From positions 1-34,622 of the forward strand of contig JAYSUN010000433.1 of NCBI GenBank assembly GCA_043719045.1: a stretch of 34,622 nt of DNA, read 5' to 3'. The position numbers and the translations under genes were made by a program. The DNA comes from Hyphomicrobiaceae bacterium (lineage in GTDB: Bacteria; Pseudomonadota; Alphaproteobacteria; Rhizobiales; Hyphomicrobiaceae). This document shows, in pieces, positions 13,763-21,509 of this stretch (the first letter of the stretch is position 1; each line of letters starts with the position of its first letter). Below the pieces are notes generated by a model, which searched no databases, was not told the DNA's origin, and saw only the letters and a list, made by a program, of their open reading frames with translations.

Positions 13763-15805
13763 ATGTCTAACCTCCATCACCTGCTTCGGCGCATTGGACG
13801 CGGCACCGCTGCGACGGTTGCGATGTTTGCCGTCATCAGTACCTGCGGTGCGACTTTTGCCTCGATGCCAGGTCAAGGGCCAAGCGAGCTCCTCGAAAGT
13901 GAGTATCTCTCGGCTTACGTTCAGGCCTACGGCAAGGATGCCAAGAAGGTGGCGCTGGTCATCGGCAATGGCCGGTACGCGCATCTGAGCCCGCTGCAGA
14001 ATTCGCCGAGGGACGCGCAACTCGTCACCAAGCAACTCAAGCTGCTGAATTTTGACGTTACGATGGTGGTTGACGCTGACGTCGCGCAAATGCGGCGCGC
14101 GCTGGTAGATTTTGCGCCCAAGTCTTCGGCGGCCGACGTGGCACTGTTTTTCTATGCCGGCCACGCGATCGAGGCGAACGGTCAGAATTTGATGTTCGGT
14201 ATTGATGCAAGACTTGAGGGTGGCAATGCTGACAACGCTGAGTCTCTGACGCAGATGGCCCTGTCGGCGCAGAGCTTGCTCAGCGTGCTCGAACAAAGCG
14301 CCCCGATCCGGATCGTGATTCTGGACGCCTGCCGGGACAACCCGCTGGAAGCCAACAAGACGCCTTCACCGCCGTCCGGCAGCGGTTCACGACAAACCAT
14401 GCCCGCGACCGCCAACGACCGCGGCGTCGTGCCGGTCAAGAAGGGCCTCGCCGCCATGCGCGGTCGGTCCGGTACGTACATCGCCTATGCGGCCGAGCCG
14501 GGCAAAGTCGCCCTCGACGGTCAGGGTGAAAACAGTCCGTTCTCGACGGCAATCGCCAAGCACTTGCCGAAAGTCGGATTGACCGTCGAGCAGATTTTCA
14601 ATGAGGTCCGCCGCGATGTTTACCTGTCGACCTCGGGCATGCAATTGCCGTGGTCGGAGTCAGCCCTGCTCGGCAGTCTGTTCCTCCAGGCGCCGCCTGT
14701 TGCAATCACCAACGTCTTACCGGCCGCATTGGTTCCGGCCGAGCAGCGCGCGCACGTCAAAGATGGCGAGCTTGCGAAACTGGTCGGCGATCAGACATTC
14801 CAGATCTCAGGCCAGTTGCGCGCCGAGGCACGGCTGAATGGCGACATCATTGCGTTCGCGAACGGTGCTGAAAGCGAAGACGTGCTGAGGCGTGGAGTGA
14901 ATTACATCACCATGGGCGATAAGACCGTACCAGCATGGTACGAGCGCAAGCAGCTTGTGTTGTTCCCTCGAGCCTACCAGAAAAGCTATGCTATCGTCGC
15001 GGCCGTTGGTCGTTACAAAGAACCGGCAAAGAGCCGCTTTGAAGATCTGCCATTCATGGTCGACCAAGCAAAGAAGTTGGCCGATGTTTTGGTCGATCTC
15101 GGCTTTCCTGCCGAGAACATCGTTCGTCTTTATGATGGCGACGTGACTTCTGGCCGCCTTGAACAGGAACTGCGGCGCTTTTGGCCCGGTGGTGATCGAA
15201 GCGATGCTGATCGACTGCTGTTCTATTTCGGCGGCCATGGTGGCGATGTTGATATTCCGAACTACATGACGTTTGCCAAAGACCAGAAATCGAAGCGCGG
15301 GCTGCTGATCACACACGACCACGATCCGGCGCGACCGCTGGCAACCAGCTTTCTCCTCGATGACATCATTCAACGGCATTTCGCTTTTCTGGCGCCGCGG
15401 CACGTATTGTTTCTGATCGATTCCTGCTCATCCGGTTTGGCCATGCCAAGGACTGCGGACGGCAGTGATACGGACCGCGAAACAATCCGCCGGTATCAGT
15501 TGCTGGCGCTGCTCGACAGTGAATTGAAAAGCCACGCGCGCAATATGCTGGTTGCAAGCTCCGGCGATGCCAAGGCACTATATCAGAATGGGGGGCTGTT
15601 CACCAAGAAGCTGCTCGAAGGCATCGAGACTCGCGCGGCTGACATCAATGGCGATGGGCTGATTCAGTTTGCCGAACTCGAGATCTTCGTCTCGAACCTC
15701 GTCAAGGTGGAATCCAAGGCACTCGGACTTGAGCAGAGCCCGTCGCCGTTTCGAGTGGGTTCGAATTTCGTGTTCGTCTTGCCACCGACCAAGCCTGCCC
15801 ACTGA
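13763..15805 (+). CDS. Exported protein with two tandem caspase-like (C14) domains
   Basis: Start at MSNLHHLLRRIGRGTAATVAMFAVISTCGATFA (signal peptide). Domain 1 (about 13946-14659) has VALVIGNGRY, FFYAGHA and IVILDACRDNP. Domain 2 (about 14981-15739) has YAIVAAVGRY, LFYFGGHG and FLIDSCSSG, plus the EF-hand-like loop DINGDGLIQFAEL. Confidence 0.8.
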   Translation: MSNLHHLLRRIGRGTAATVAMFAVISTCGATFASMPGQGPSELLESEYLSAYVQAYGKDAKKVALVIGNGRYAHLSPLQNSPRDAQLVTKQLKLLNFDVTMVVDADVAQMRRALVDFAPKSSAADVALFFYAGHAIEANGQNLMFGIDARLEGGNADNAESLTQMALSAQSLLSVLEQSAPIRIVILDACRDNPLEANKTPSPPSGSGSRQTMPATANDRGVVPVKKGLAAMRGRSGTYIAYAAEPGKVALDGQGENSPFSTAIAKHLPKVGLTVEQIFNEVRRDVYLSTSGMQLPWSESALLGSLFLQAPPVAITNVLPAALVPAEQRAHVKDGELAKLVGDQTFQISGQLRAEARLNGDIIAFANGAESEDVLRRGVNYITMGDKTVPAWYERKQLVLFPRAYQKSYAIVAAVGRYKEPAKSRFEDLPFMVDQAKKLADVLVDLGFPAENIVRLYDGDVTSGRLEQELRRFWPGGDRSDADRLLFYFGGHGGDVDIPNYMTFAKDQKSKRGLLITHDHDPARPLATSFLLDDIIQRHFAFLAPRHVLFLIDSCSSGLAMPRTADGSDTDRETIRRYQLLALLDSELKSHARNMLVASSGDAKALYQNGGLFTKKLLEGIETRAADINGDGLIQFAELEIFVSNLVKVESKALGLEQSPSPFRVGSNFVFVLPPTKPAH

Positions 15806-15859
15806 TGCATGTGCGTAGTCGATTGAGAACAGCCTGCAAGCCATCCGCACACACGGGAT

Positions 15860-15892
15860 CGTCCGGTCGCCGCTGCCGTCAGGCGCCGGACG
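15860..15892 (+). terminator. Candidate GC-rich stem-loop after the protease operon
   Basis: CGTCCGG-T-CGCC (15860-15871) pairs with GGCG-CCGGACG (15882-15892), with one bulge. TGTCTTGCTTGC follows. The T tract is poor, so it may be a weak or Rho-assisted terminator. Confidence 0.35.
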
Positions 15893-15960
15893 TGTCTTGC
15901 TTGCGCGTGCCGACATGCGCAACCGCCAGCCGGCCGGCACGCGGACAGCGGCGGGACGTG

Positions 15961-16194
15961 TCAGAACTGTTTCGGTTCGGGATGACTTCGATGTGGCGCG
16001 GCATAGGTGAAAGGTTCCGTCAGCCGCCATCGTAGGTCTGGCTTGGCGCGGTCGTCGTTCTTATGTCCCAACGAGAAGGCTTCATGTACTGCGCGGCAAA
16101 GAGGCGAACATCGTGACCACAGGTGAAACGTCGTCTTGCCGATATCGATGCCGATGACTGTGACCTCGACCTTCGATTTCTGTTGGGATGACAT
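15961..16194 (-). mobile_element. Degraded IS110-family transposase remnant (N-terminal fragment only)
   Basis: MSSQQKSKVEVTVIGIDIGKTTFHLW matches the conserved IS110/DEDD transposase N-terminus (V.GIDIGK..FH.). An AAGGAG RBS lies upstream. The reading frame then degenerates (..LGHKNDDRA.. may echo the KND..DA block), and most of the roughly 340-aa enzyme is absent. Confidence 0.5.
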
Positions 16195-16238
16195 CGTGTG
16201 CTCCTTCAGGCTTGATATCTCTCCCTGACCAGAGCGGA

Positions 16239-17717
16239 TTAATCCAAAGGGAAGATCGGCCGAGGGACGTTCTTGTAGGGGAGCTTTTTGAGGTCGGGCG
16301 TGCACAGCGCACCACTGTCGCAAACGATGATTTCGTCGGCGATTGACGCGAATGCTGCGCGGAAATGCTGCATCGATTTCAGTGCCACGACGGATTTCTT
16401 TGCCGGATCGATGCCGAATGCCTTGAACTGCTGCTGATCGTAGATCTGGGATCGATTCGTGACCACCAGGATTTCAATCCCGCCAACCGCAAGCACCGCC
16501 GTCGGCCCCCAGCTGCGCGCGAGGCCGCCGATCATGGGGCCATCGCCCACGTAGTCGCCGTGACTCAACAATTTGAGTATGCCCGTCACATTCAGCGGGC
16601 CGCCGCCAATCCTGGGATCGGTCTTACCACCGAGGGCAAGCGTTACGGTTTCACCGGGTTTATGACGATCAAGGTGTGCGACTGCATCGGCGTCGACGAT
16701 TGGACCAAAGCACGCGTTCTCGACGTCGGCCGCCAGCAGTGCGCGGAGCAGCGCCGTGCCGTCACCATAGGCGCCGCCGCCCGGATTGTCGGCGTAGTCC
16801 GCGATGACGATCGGCCCAGCGCGGGGATTGTACCGTTTGGCCTGTGCGGCAGCCTCTTCCACAGACAGGAATGTGTTGATCGTCTCGAAGCGCTTTGCCC
16901 AGATGTCGTCTGCGATTGCGTCGGCAAATGCCTGATGGGCAGCAAAGTCGCCCTGGCCGGTCACGAGGACTGTCGGGCCGACCTGAGCAATATCGGCGTT
17001 GCCGAAACCGCCGTTGATACTGACGGCGAAAACATCGGGCTGCCGCTCATAGGCACGCGCCTTGACCATCCGCTCGATCATGGGGCCAGCGTCGGTACGC
17101 CCGCCGTTGACTTCCTCGAGCATGGGCCTGCTAACGCGAATTGTGCGCGGCTTGATTTCGCCCAGCAGTGTTCGCTGCAGGATCTCGGCCGCCTGCCGCG
17201 CGCTGTCGCGCATGTCGACGTGCGGGTAGGTCTTGTAACTGACGATGATATCGGCCAGGGCGCACATCTCGACGGTGACGTTTGCATGTGGGTCAAGCGT
17301 GATACCGATCGGCACACTTGGGCCAACGACCGCGCGTAACCGTGCAAGCAACTCGCCTTCGCCGTCCTGGCAGAAGTCCGTGACCATTGCGCCGTGCAAG
17401 CCAAGCAGGATGCCATCCAGACTGCCGCCGGCCTCACGTGCTCTGGCGATGATCATGCCCGCGATACGGTCGAAGGCATCGCGCGTCACCGGGCCACCGG
17501 GTTGCGCCGCTGCACTCACGGCATGGACCGTCTGCCAGCCATGTCGGCGAGCTACATCAAGAAAGCCGGCGATATCCGTGTTGGCATCGCCGCGCTGCGC
17601 GATGGCGTCGTCACCCGCGAAGCAACCGCGACCCAGGAACGCTGCAAAATTCGTCGGTTGGATGCTGAAGGTGTTCGTCTCGTGCGCGAACTCGGCAGTC
17701 AAAACCTTGAATGGCAT
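16239..17717 (-). CDS. M81 family metallopeptidase (MlrC-like, DUF1485 plus MlrC_C)
   Basis: The N-terminus MPFKVLTAEFAHETNTFS and the LGLHGAMV and GITLDPHAN motifs are characteristic of MlrC-like proteins. It is the last gene of the peptide ABC operon. Confidence 0.85.
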   Translation of the reverse strand: MPFKVLTAEFAHETNTFSIQPTNFAAFLGRGCFAGDDAIAQRGDANTDIAGFLDVARRHGWQTVHAVSAAAQPGGPVTRDAFDRIAGMIIARAREAGGSLDGILLGLHGAMVTDFCQDGEGELLARLRAVVGPSVPIGITLDPHANVTVEMCALADIIVSYKTYPHVDMRDSARQAAEILQRTLLGEIKPRTIRVSRPMLEEVNGGRTDAGPMIERMVKARAYERQPDVFAVSINGGFGNADIAQVGPTVLVTGQGDFAAHQAFADAIADDIWAKRFETINTFLSVEEAAAQAKRYNPRAGPIVIADYADNPGGGAYGDGTALLRALLAADVENACFGPIVDADAVAHLDRHKPGETVTLALGGKTDPRIGGGPLNVTGILKLLSHGDYVGDGPMIGGLARSWGPTAVLAVGGIEILVVTNRSQIYDQQQFKAFGIDPAKKSVVALKSMQHFRAAFASIADEIIVCDSGALCTPDLKKLPYKNVPRPIFPLD

Positions 17718-17732
17718 CGCGTCCTCCGGCCT

Positions 17733-18710
17733 TCAGCTGATGGGATGGTGACAGGCGATCTGATGCCCGCGGCCAGCATCCGACAAGACCGGCCGCTCAG
17801 TCTTGCAGCGTGCCGTCGCACCGCCACACCGCGCCGCGAACGCGCATCCCGGTATGGCCACGAACGGGCTCGGGATTTCACCGGACATGCGGGTCACGAT
17901 CTTGCGTTGGCGCGGATCAGGCTCAAAAGTGCTGTCCATCAGCGTGCGCGAATAGTGATGCCGTGGTTCCGCTGTCGCATGCGGCAGAATCTCGACAATT
18001 CGGCCGAGATACATAACGACGATACGGTCGCAGAAATAGCGCACCAGACTGAGGTCATGCGAGATGAAGAGATAGGTGAGACCGAACTCGCTCTTGAGCG
18101 CTTCGAGCAGGCCGATGATCTGCGCCTGGATCGACACGTCGAGGGACGCGGTTGGCTCATCAAGCACCAGAAAAGCCGGTCTCAAGGCAAGTGCACGCGC
18201 AATGCCCACGCGCTGCCGCTGACCGCCGGAGAGTTGATGCGGATAGCTGTCGGCCATGCGCGGGCTCAATCCCACCTTGGCGATCAACTCATCGACGATG
18301 GTACCGGCCGTCGCGGCATCGAGCGGCACGCCCTGCACTTGGAACGGCTCCAACAGTGCGCGACGGATCGTGTAGCGCGGGTCCACCGCCGAATACGGAT
18401 CTTGGAAAACCATCTGCATGCGTCGCCGCAACCCTCGTAAGGCCGCGGGCCGCAATTTCCCAAGATCAATGCCATCGAACGTGACGGTTCCGGCGCTCGC
18501 ATCGAGCAAGCGCAGGACCAATCGCGCGAGCGTGGATTTACCGCAGCCGGATTCACCGACGACGCCCGTAACTTTGGCACGCGGCACGTCAAGGGAGACA
18601 TCGTTGACGGCGCGCATCGTGCGCGGCTGCGCGAACAGTCCGCTGCGGCTACTGAAATCGCGCGTCAGTCCGCGAACGGTGACGAGGTTGTCGGACGCGG
18701 ACTGGTTCAT
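17733..18710 (-). CDS. Peptide/nickel ABC transporter ATP-binding protein (DppF/OppF type)
   Basis: Walker A GESGCGKST, signature LSGGQRQR, Walker B LVLDEPTASLD and the C-terminal oligopeptide-ATPase Cys motif are present. Start set at MNQSASDNL, giving an ATGA overlap with the upstream ATPase gene. Confidence 0.9.
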   Translation of the reverse strand: MNQSASDNLVTVRGLTRDFSSRSGLFAQPRTMRAVNDVSLDVPRAKVTGVVGESGCGKSTLARLVLRLLDASAGTVTFDGIDLGKLRPAALRGLRRRMQMVFQDPYSAVDPRYTIRRALLEPFQVQGVPLDAATAGTIVDELIAKVGLSPRMADSYPHQLSGGQRQRVGIARALALRPAFLVLDEPTASLDVSIQAQIIGLLEALKSEFGLTYLFISHDLSLVRYFCDRIVVMYLGRIVEILPHATAEPRHHYSRTLMDSTFEPDPRQRKIVTRMSGEIPSPFVAIPGCAFAARCGGATARCKTERPVLSDAGRGHQIACHHPIS

Positions 18711-19663
18711 GCCGCAACCTCCGCGAAATGGCACGCGGCGATGCCTGAAGCCCGTTGCGCGAGAGGCGGCACGTCGCTCTGGCAGACCGGCTGAGCCTTG
18801 GCGCATCGCGGATGAAAGCGGCAGCCCTGTGGATAGTCCATCACGCTCGGCACGGTGCCGGGAATGCCGTTGAGGCTGCCTGGCACTTGCCCGTGACGTG
18901 GAATGCAGCGGATCAGTTCGCGGGTGTAGGGATGCTTCGGCGCAGCAAAGATTGCATCGACCGTGTTGCTCTCCGCGACGCGGCCCGCATAAAGCACCAC
19001 CACACGGTCACAGGCCTGCGCGACGACCCCCATGTCGTGCGTGATCAGCATTAGCGCCAGGCCGCGTTCACGGACGAGTTCCACCATGATTTGGATGATC
19101 TGCGCCTGGATGGTGACATCGAGCGCGGTCGTCGGCTCGTCGGCAATGATGAGGTCCGGGTCGGCTGCCAGCGCCATGGCGATGACGATGCGCTGCTTCA
19201 TGCCACCCGACAGCTGGTGAGCGTAGTTGGCATGTATCGCCGCCGCCTCTGGAATGCGCAATTGCTGCATCAACGCGACGCTGCGTGCTTTCGCCGCCGG
19301 TTCGGTAAGGCCGAGGTGCAGCCTTGAAACCTGATCTATCTGCTCGCCAACACGAACAATCGGATCAAGCGACGTCATGGGGTTCTGGCTGATCAACGCG
19401 ATGCGCTTGCCGCGCAGCCGGCGATAATCGGTCTCGCGCAGGCCAACCAGCTCGGTGCCGTCGAAATTGATCGAGCCACTCGTCACCTTGGCGCCAATCA
19501 GAGGCAGCAACCCCATGATGCTCAGGGCGGTCAGCGACTTGCCGGAGCCAGATTCGCCGACGACGCCGAGAATTTCCTTGCGGTCGAGATCGAACGAAAT
19601 GTTGTCCAGCGGATCGAGTTTACCGACTGAGACGCAGACGTTGTGAACAGAAAGCAGTGCCAT
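18707..19663 (-). CDS. Peptide/nickel ABC transporter ATP-binding protein (DppD/OppD type)
   Basis: Walker A GESGSGKS, signature LSGGMKQR and Walker B IIADEPTTALD. Start set at MALLSVHNV, just after the stop of the permease gene. Confidence 0.9.
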   Translation of the reverse strand: MALLSVHNVCVSVGKLDPLDNISFDLDRKEILGVVGESGSGKSLTALSIMGLLPLIGAKVTSGSINFDGTELVGLRETDYRRLRGKRIALISQNPMTSLDPIVRVGEQIDQVSRLHLGLTEPAAKARSVALMQQLRIPEAAAIHANYAHQLSGGMKQRIVIAMALAADPDLIIADEPTTALDVTIQAQIIQIMVELVRERGLALMLITHDMGVVAQACDRVVVLYAGRVAESNTVDAIFAAPKHPYTRELIRCIPRHGQVPGSLNGIPGTVPSVMDYPQGCRFHPRCAKAQPVCQSDVPPLAQRASGIAACHFAEVAA

Positions 19664-19664
19664 G

Positions 19665-20540
19665 CTACGCATCCCGCAGACGGTTGCGGATGTCGAGCGC
19701 ATCGATCACGGCATCACCAAAAAGGTTGATCGCGATGACAGTCATGGCAATGACGAGGCCTGGGAACACGATGATCCAAGGCGCGATGAAAATCTGCGCC
19801 GTGCCGCTGCTCATCATGCCGCCCCAGCTTGGGGTCGGTGGCTGCGCGCCAAGGCCAAAGAACCCAAGTGTCGCTTCGAGGATGATCGCGTTGCCAGTTG
19901 CCAGCATGCCCGCGACGATCACAGTCGGCAGCGCGTTGGGGAGCAGATGACGAAAAATGATGTGGAAGTGACCGGCGCCGAGATTGGTCGTCGCTTCGAT
20001 GTAGGTCTCGGTCTTCAGAGCCATGACTTGCGCCCGCGTCAACCGCGTGAACTGCGCGAGATAGGCGATGCTGATTGCGATCATCGTGCTGTTGAGGCCG
20101 GGGCCAATGATAGCGATCAGGATGAGCGCGATCAAAATCTCGGGAAACGACCACGTGAGATCGACCACAGCCGTGACGATGCGATCGAACGGACCGCCAA
20201 AGTAACCAGCCGCCGCGCCGAGGCTCATGCCGATCGCAACCGAGATCGCGATTGCCGTGATCGCAACCGAAAGCGATGTGCGGGCCCCATAGATGATGCG
20301 GGAGAAGAGATCCCGGCCAAACTCGTCGGTGCCCATCCAGTGTGACCACGATGGGTCCTTGTTGGCTGAGGGCAGGTTCTGAATGTCGAACGGATAGGGG
20401 GCAATCAATGGCGCGAAGATCGCGGCAGCAACGATCAACCCAAGGACCAGCGCGGACAGGCCGCCGCGTGGTGTCAGGACGATCTTGCCCAAGGTGGAAT
20501 TGCCAAAGGTGCCAGTTGCGAAGGTCGCGTTCGCTGTCAT
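19665..20540 (-). CDS. ABC transporter permease (DppC/OppC type)
   Basis: Start set at MTANATF... (ATG 20538-20540), 2 nt after the upstream permease stop. LGTDEFGRDLFSRIIYGARTSL is the typical DppC motif. The track ORF 19665..20750 carries a spurious extension. Confidence 0.9.
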   Translation of the reverse strand: MTANATFATGTFGNSTLGKIVLTPRGGLSALVLGLIVAAAIFAPLIAPYPFDIQNLPSANKDPSWSHWMGTDEFGRDLFSRIIYGARTSLSVAITAIAISVAIGMSLGAAAGYFGGPFDRIVTAVVDLTWSFPEILIALILIAIIGPGLNSTMIAISIAYLAQFTRLTRAQVMALKTETYIEATTNLGAGHFHIIFRHLLPNALPTVIVAGMLATGNAIILEATLGFFGLGAQPPTPSWGGMMSSGTAQIFIAPWIIVFPGLVIAMTVIAINLFGDAVIDALDIRNRLRDA

Positions 20541-20542
20541 GG

Positions 20543-21469
20543 TTACGCTGCTCCCTGACGCACACGTGGATCCATCGCGGCCTGCACAATGTCGCCGAGC
20601 AGCGTGCCGAGCATGACAGCGATGGCGAGCATCAACAGGCAGCCCTGCACCACCGGATAGTCCCGCTGATTGAGCGATGTGATCAGCAGCGAGCCCAGTC
20701 CCGGCCGGGCAAAGACGTATTCGATCGTCACCGCGCCGCCCAAAATCCAACCTATCCGCAGGCTCAGGATCGTCACGACGGGCAGCATGGCGTGCCGGAG
20801 GTTATGGCACAGCTCGATGCGCCAGCGCGATACGCCCTTGGCATGCAACATCAGCACGAAGTCCTTGCGCGCGATGTCGAGCATTGCGACACGCGTCACG
20901 CGGGCGACAAGTGCGATGCCACCGAGGCCGATCGTCAGGACCGGCAGCACCAGTGCACTCCAGGTCCTGGCACCAGAAACCGGAAACCAGCCCAATTGAA
21001 CCGCGAACAACAGGATCAGGAGCAGGCCGAGCCAGAAGCTCGGCACGGTCGAGCCGAGCAGGATCAGCGTCATCACGCCGCGATCGATCCAGGTGTCCTT
21101 GAAGATCGCCGCCAAAGCGCCGGTCGCGATCCCGACCACGGTTGAAAACAGTAACGCGAGTGTCCCGAGAATGAGGCTGTGCGGCAAGTTTTGGGCGATC
21201 AGCTCCGCAACCGGCCGGCGCAAAATGATGGCGTCACCAAGATCCCCGCGCACAAGTTTACCGAGCCAGATGCCGTATTGAAGGATCACGGGCTTATCGA
21301 GCCCATAACGGGCGGTGAGTTCCGCCCGCTGTTCTTGCGTCGATCCGACCTGCACGAGGCTGTCGATCGGATCGCCCGGCACAAGATGGATGATCGCGAA
21401 GATAATCATCGAAACGGCCAGAAACACCGGAATGAGCAACACCAACCGTTTGAAGATGAAGTTGAGCAT
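20543..21469 (-). CDS. ABC transporter permease (DppB/OppB type)
   Basis: The MLNFIFKRLVLLIPVFLAVSMIIFAIIHLVPGDP N-terminus is typical of DppB/OppB. Confidence 0.9.
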   Translation of the reverse strand: MLNFIFKRLVLLIPVFLAVSMIIFAIIHLVPGDPIDSLVQVGSTQEQRAELTARYGLDKPVILQYGIWLGKLVRGDLGDAIILRRPVAELIAQNLPHSLILGTLALLFSTVVGIATGALAAIFKDTWIDRGVMTLILLGSTVPSFWLGLLLILLFAVQLGWFPVSGARTWSALVLPVLTIGLGGIALVARVTRVAMLDIARKDFVLMLHAKGVSRWRIELCHNLRHAMLPVVTILSLRIGWILGGAVTIEYVFARPGLGSLLITSLNQRDYPVVQGCLLMLAIAVMLGTLLGDIVQAAMDPRVRQGAA

Positions 21470-21509
21470 CCGGGGTCTCGTTGATCCGATCAGTGGGTCT
21501 CGGCAGCGC

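Noticed and set aside
13790-13830. Possible twin-arginine signal (LLRRIGRGTAATVAMF) on the double-caspase protein, given the nearby tatABC genes.
   Set aside because: RR-I-G-R deviates from the S/T-R-R-x-F-L-K consensus. The proximity to the tat genes is most likely coincidental, since a repeat and spacer region separates them. It would need TatP/SignalP and experimental testing.
13193-14296. Long antisense ORFs opposite real genes: 13193..14296(-), 7945..8850(-), 16365..17339(+), 17394..18440(+), 19662..20345(+), 20342..21145(+), 26651..27306(-), 19714..20589(-).
   Set aside because: These are typical shadow ORFs of a high-GC genome. Their translations are Arg/Ala/Pro/Gly-rich junk with no motifs, and each is fully overlapped by a gene with clear family signatures on the other strand or frame.
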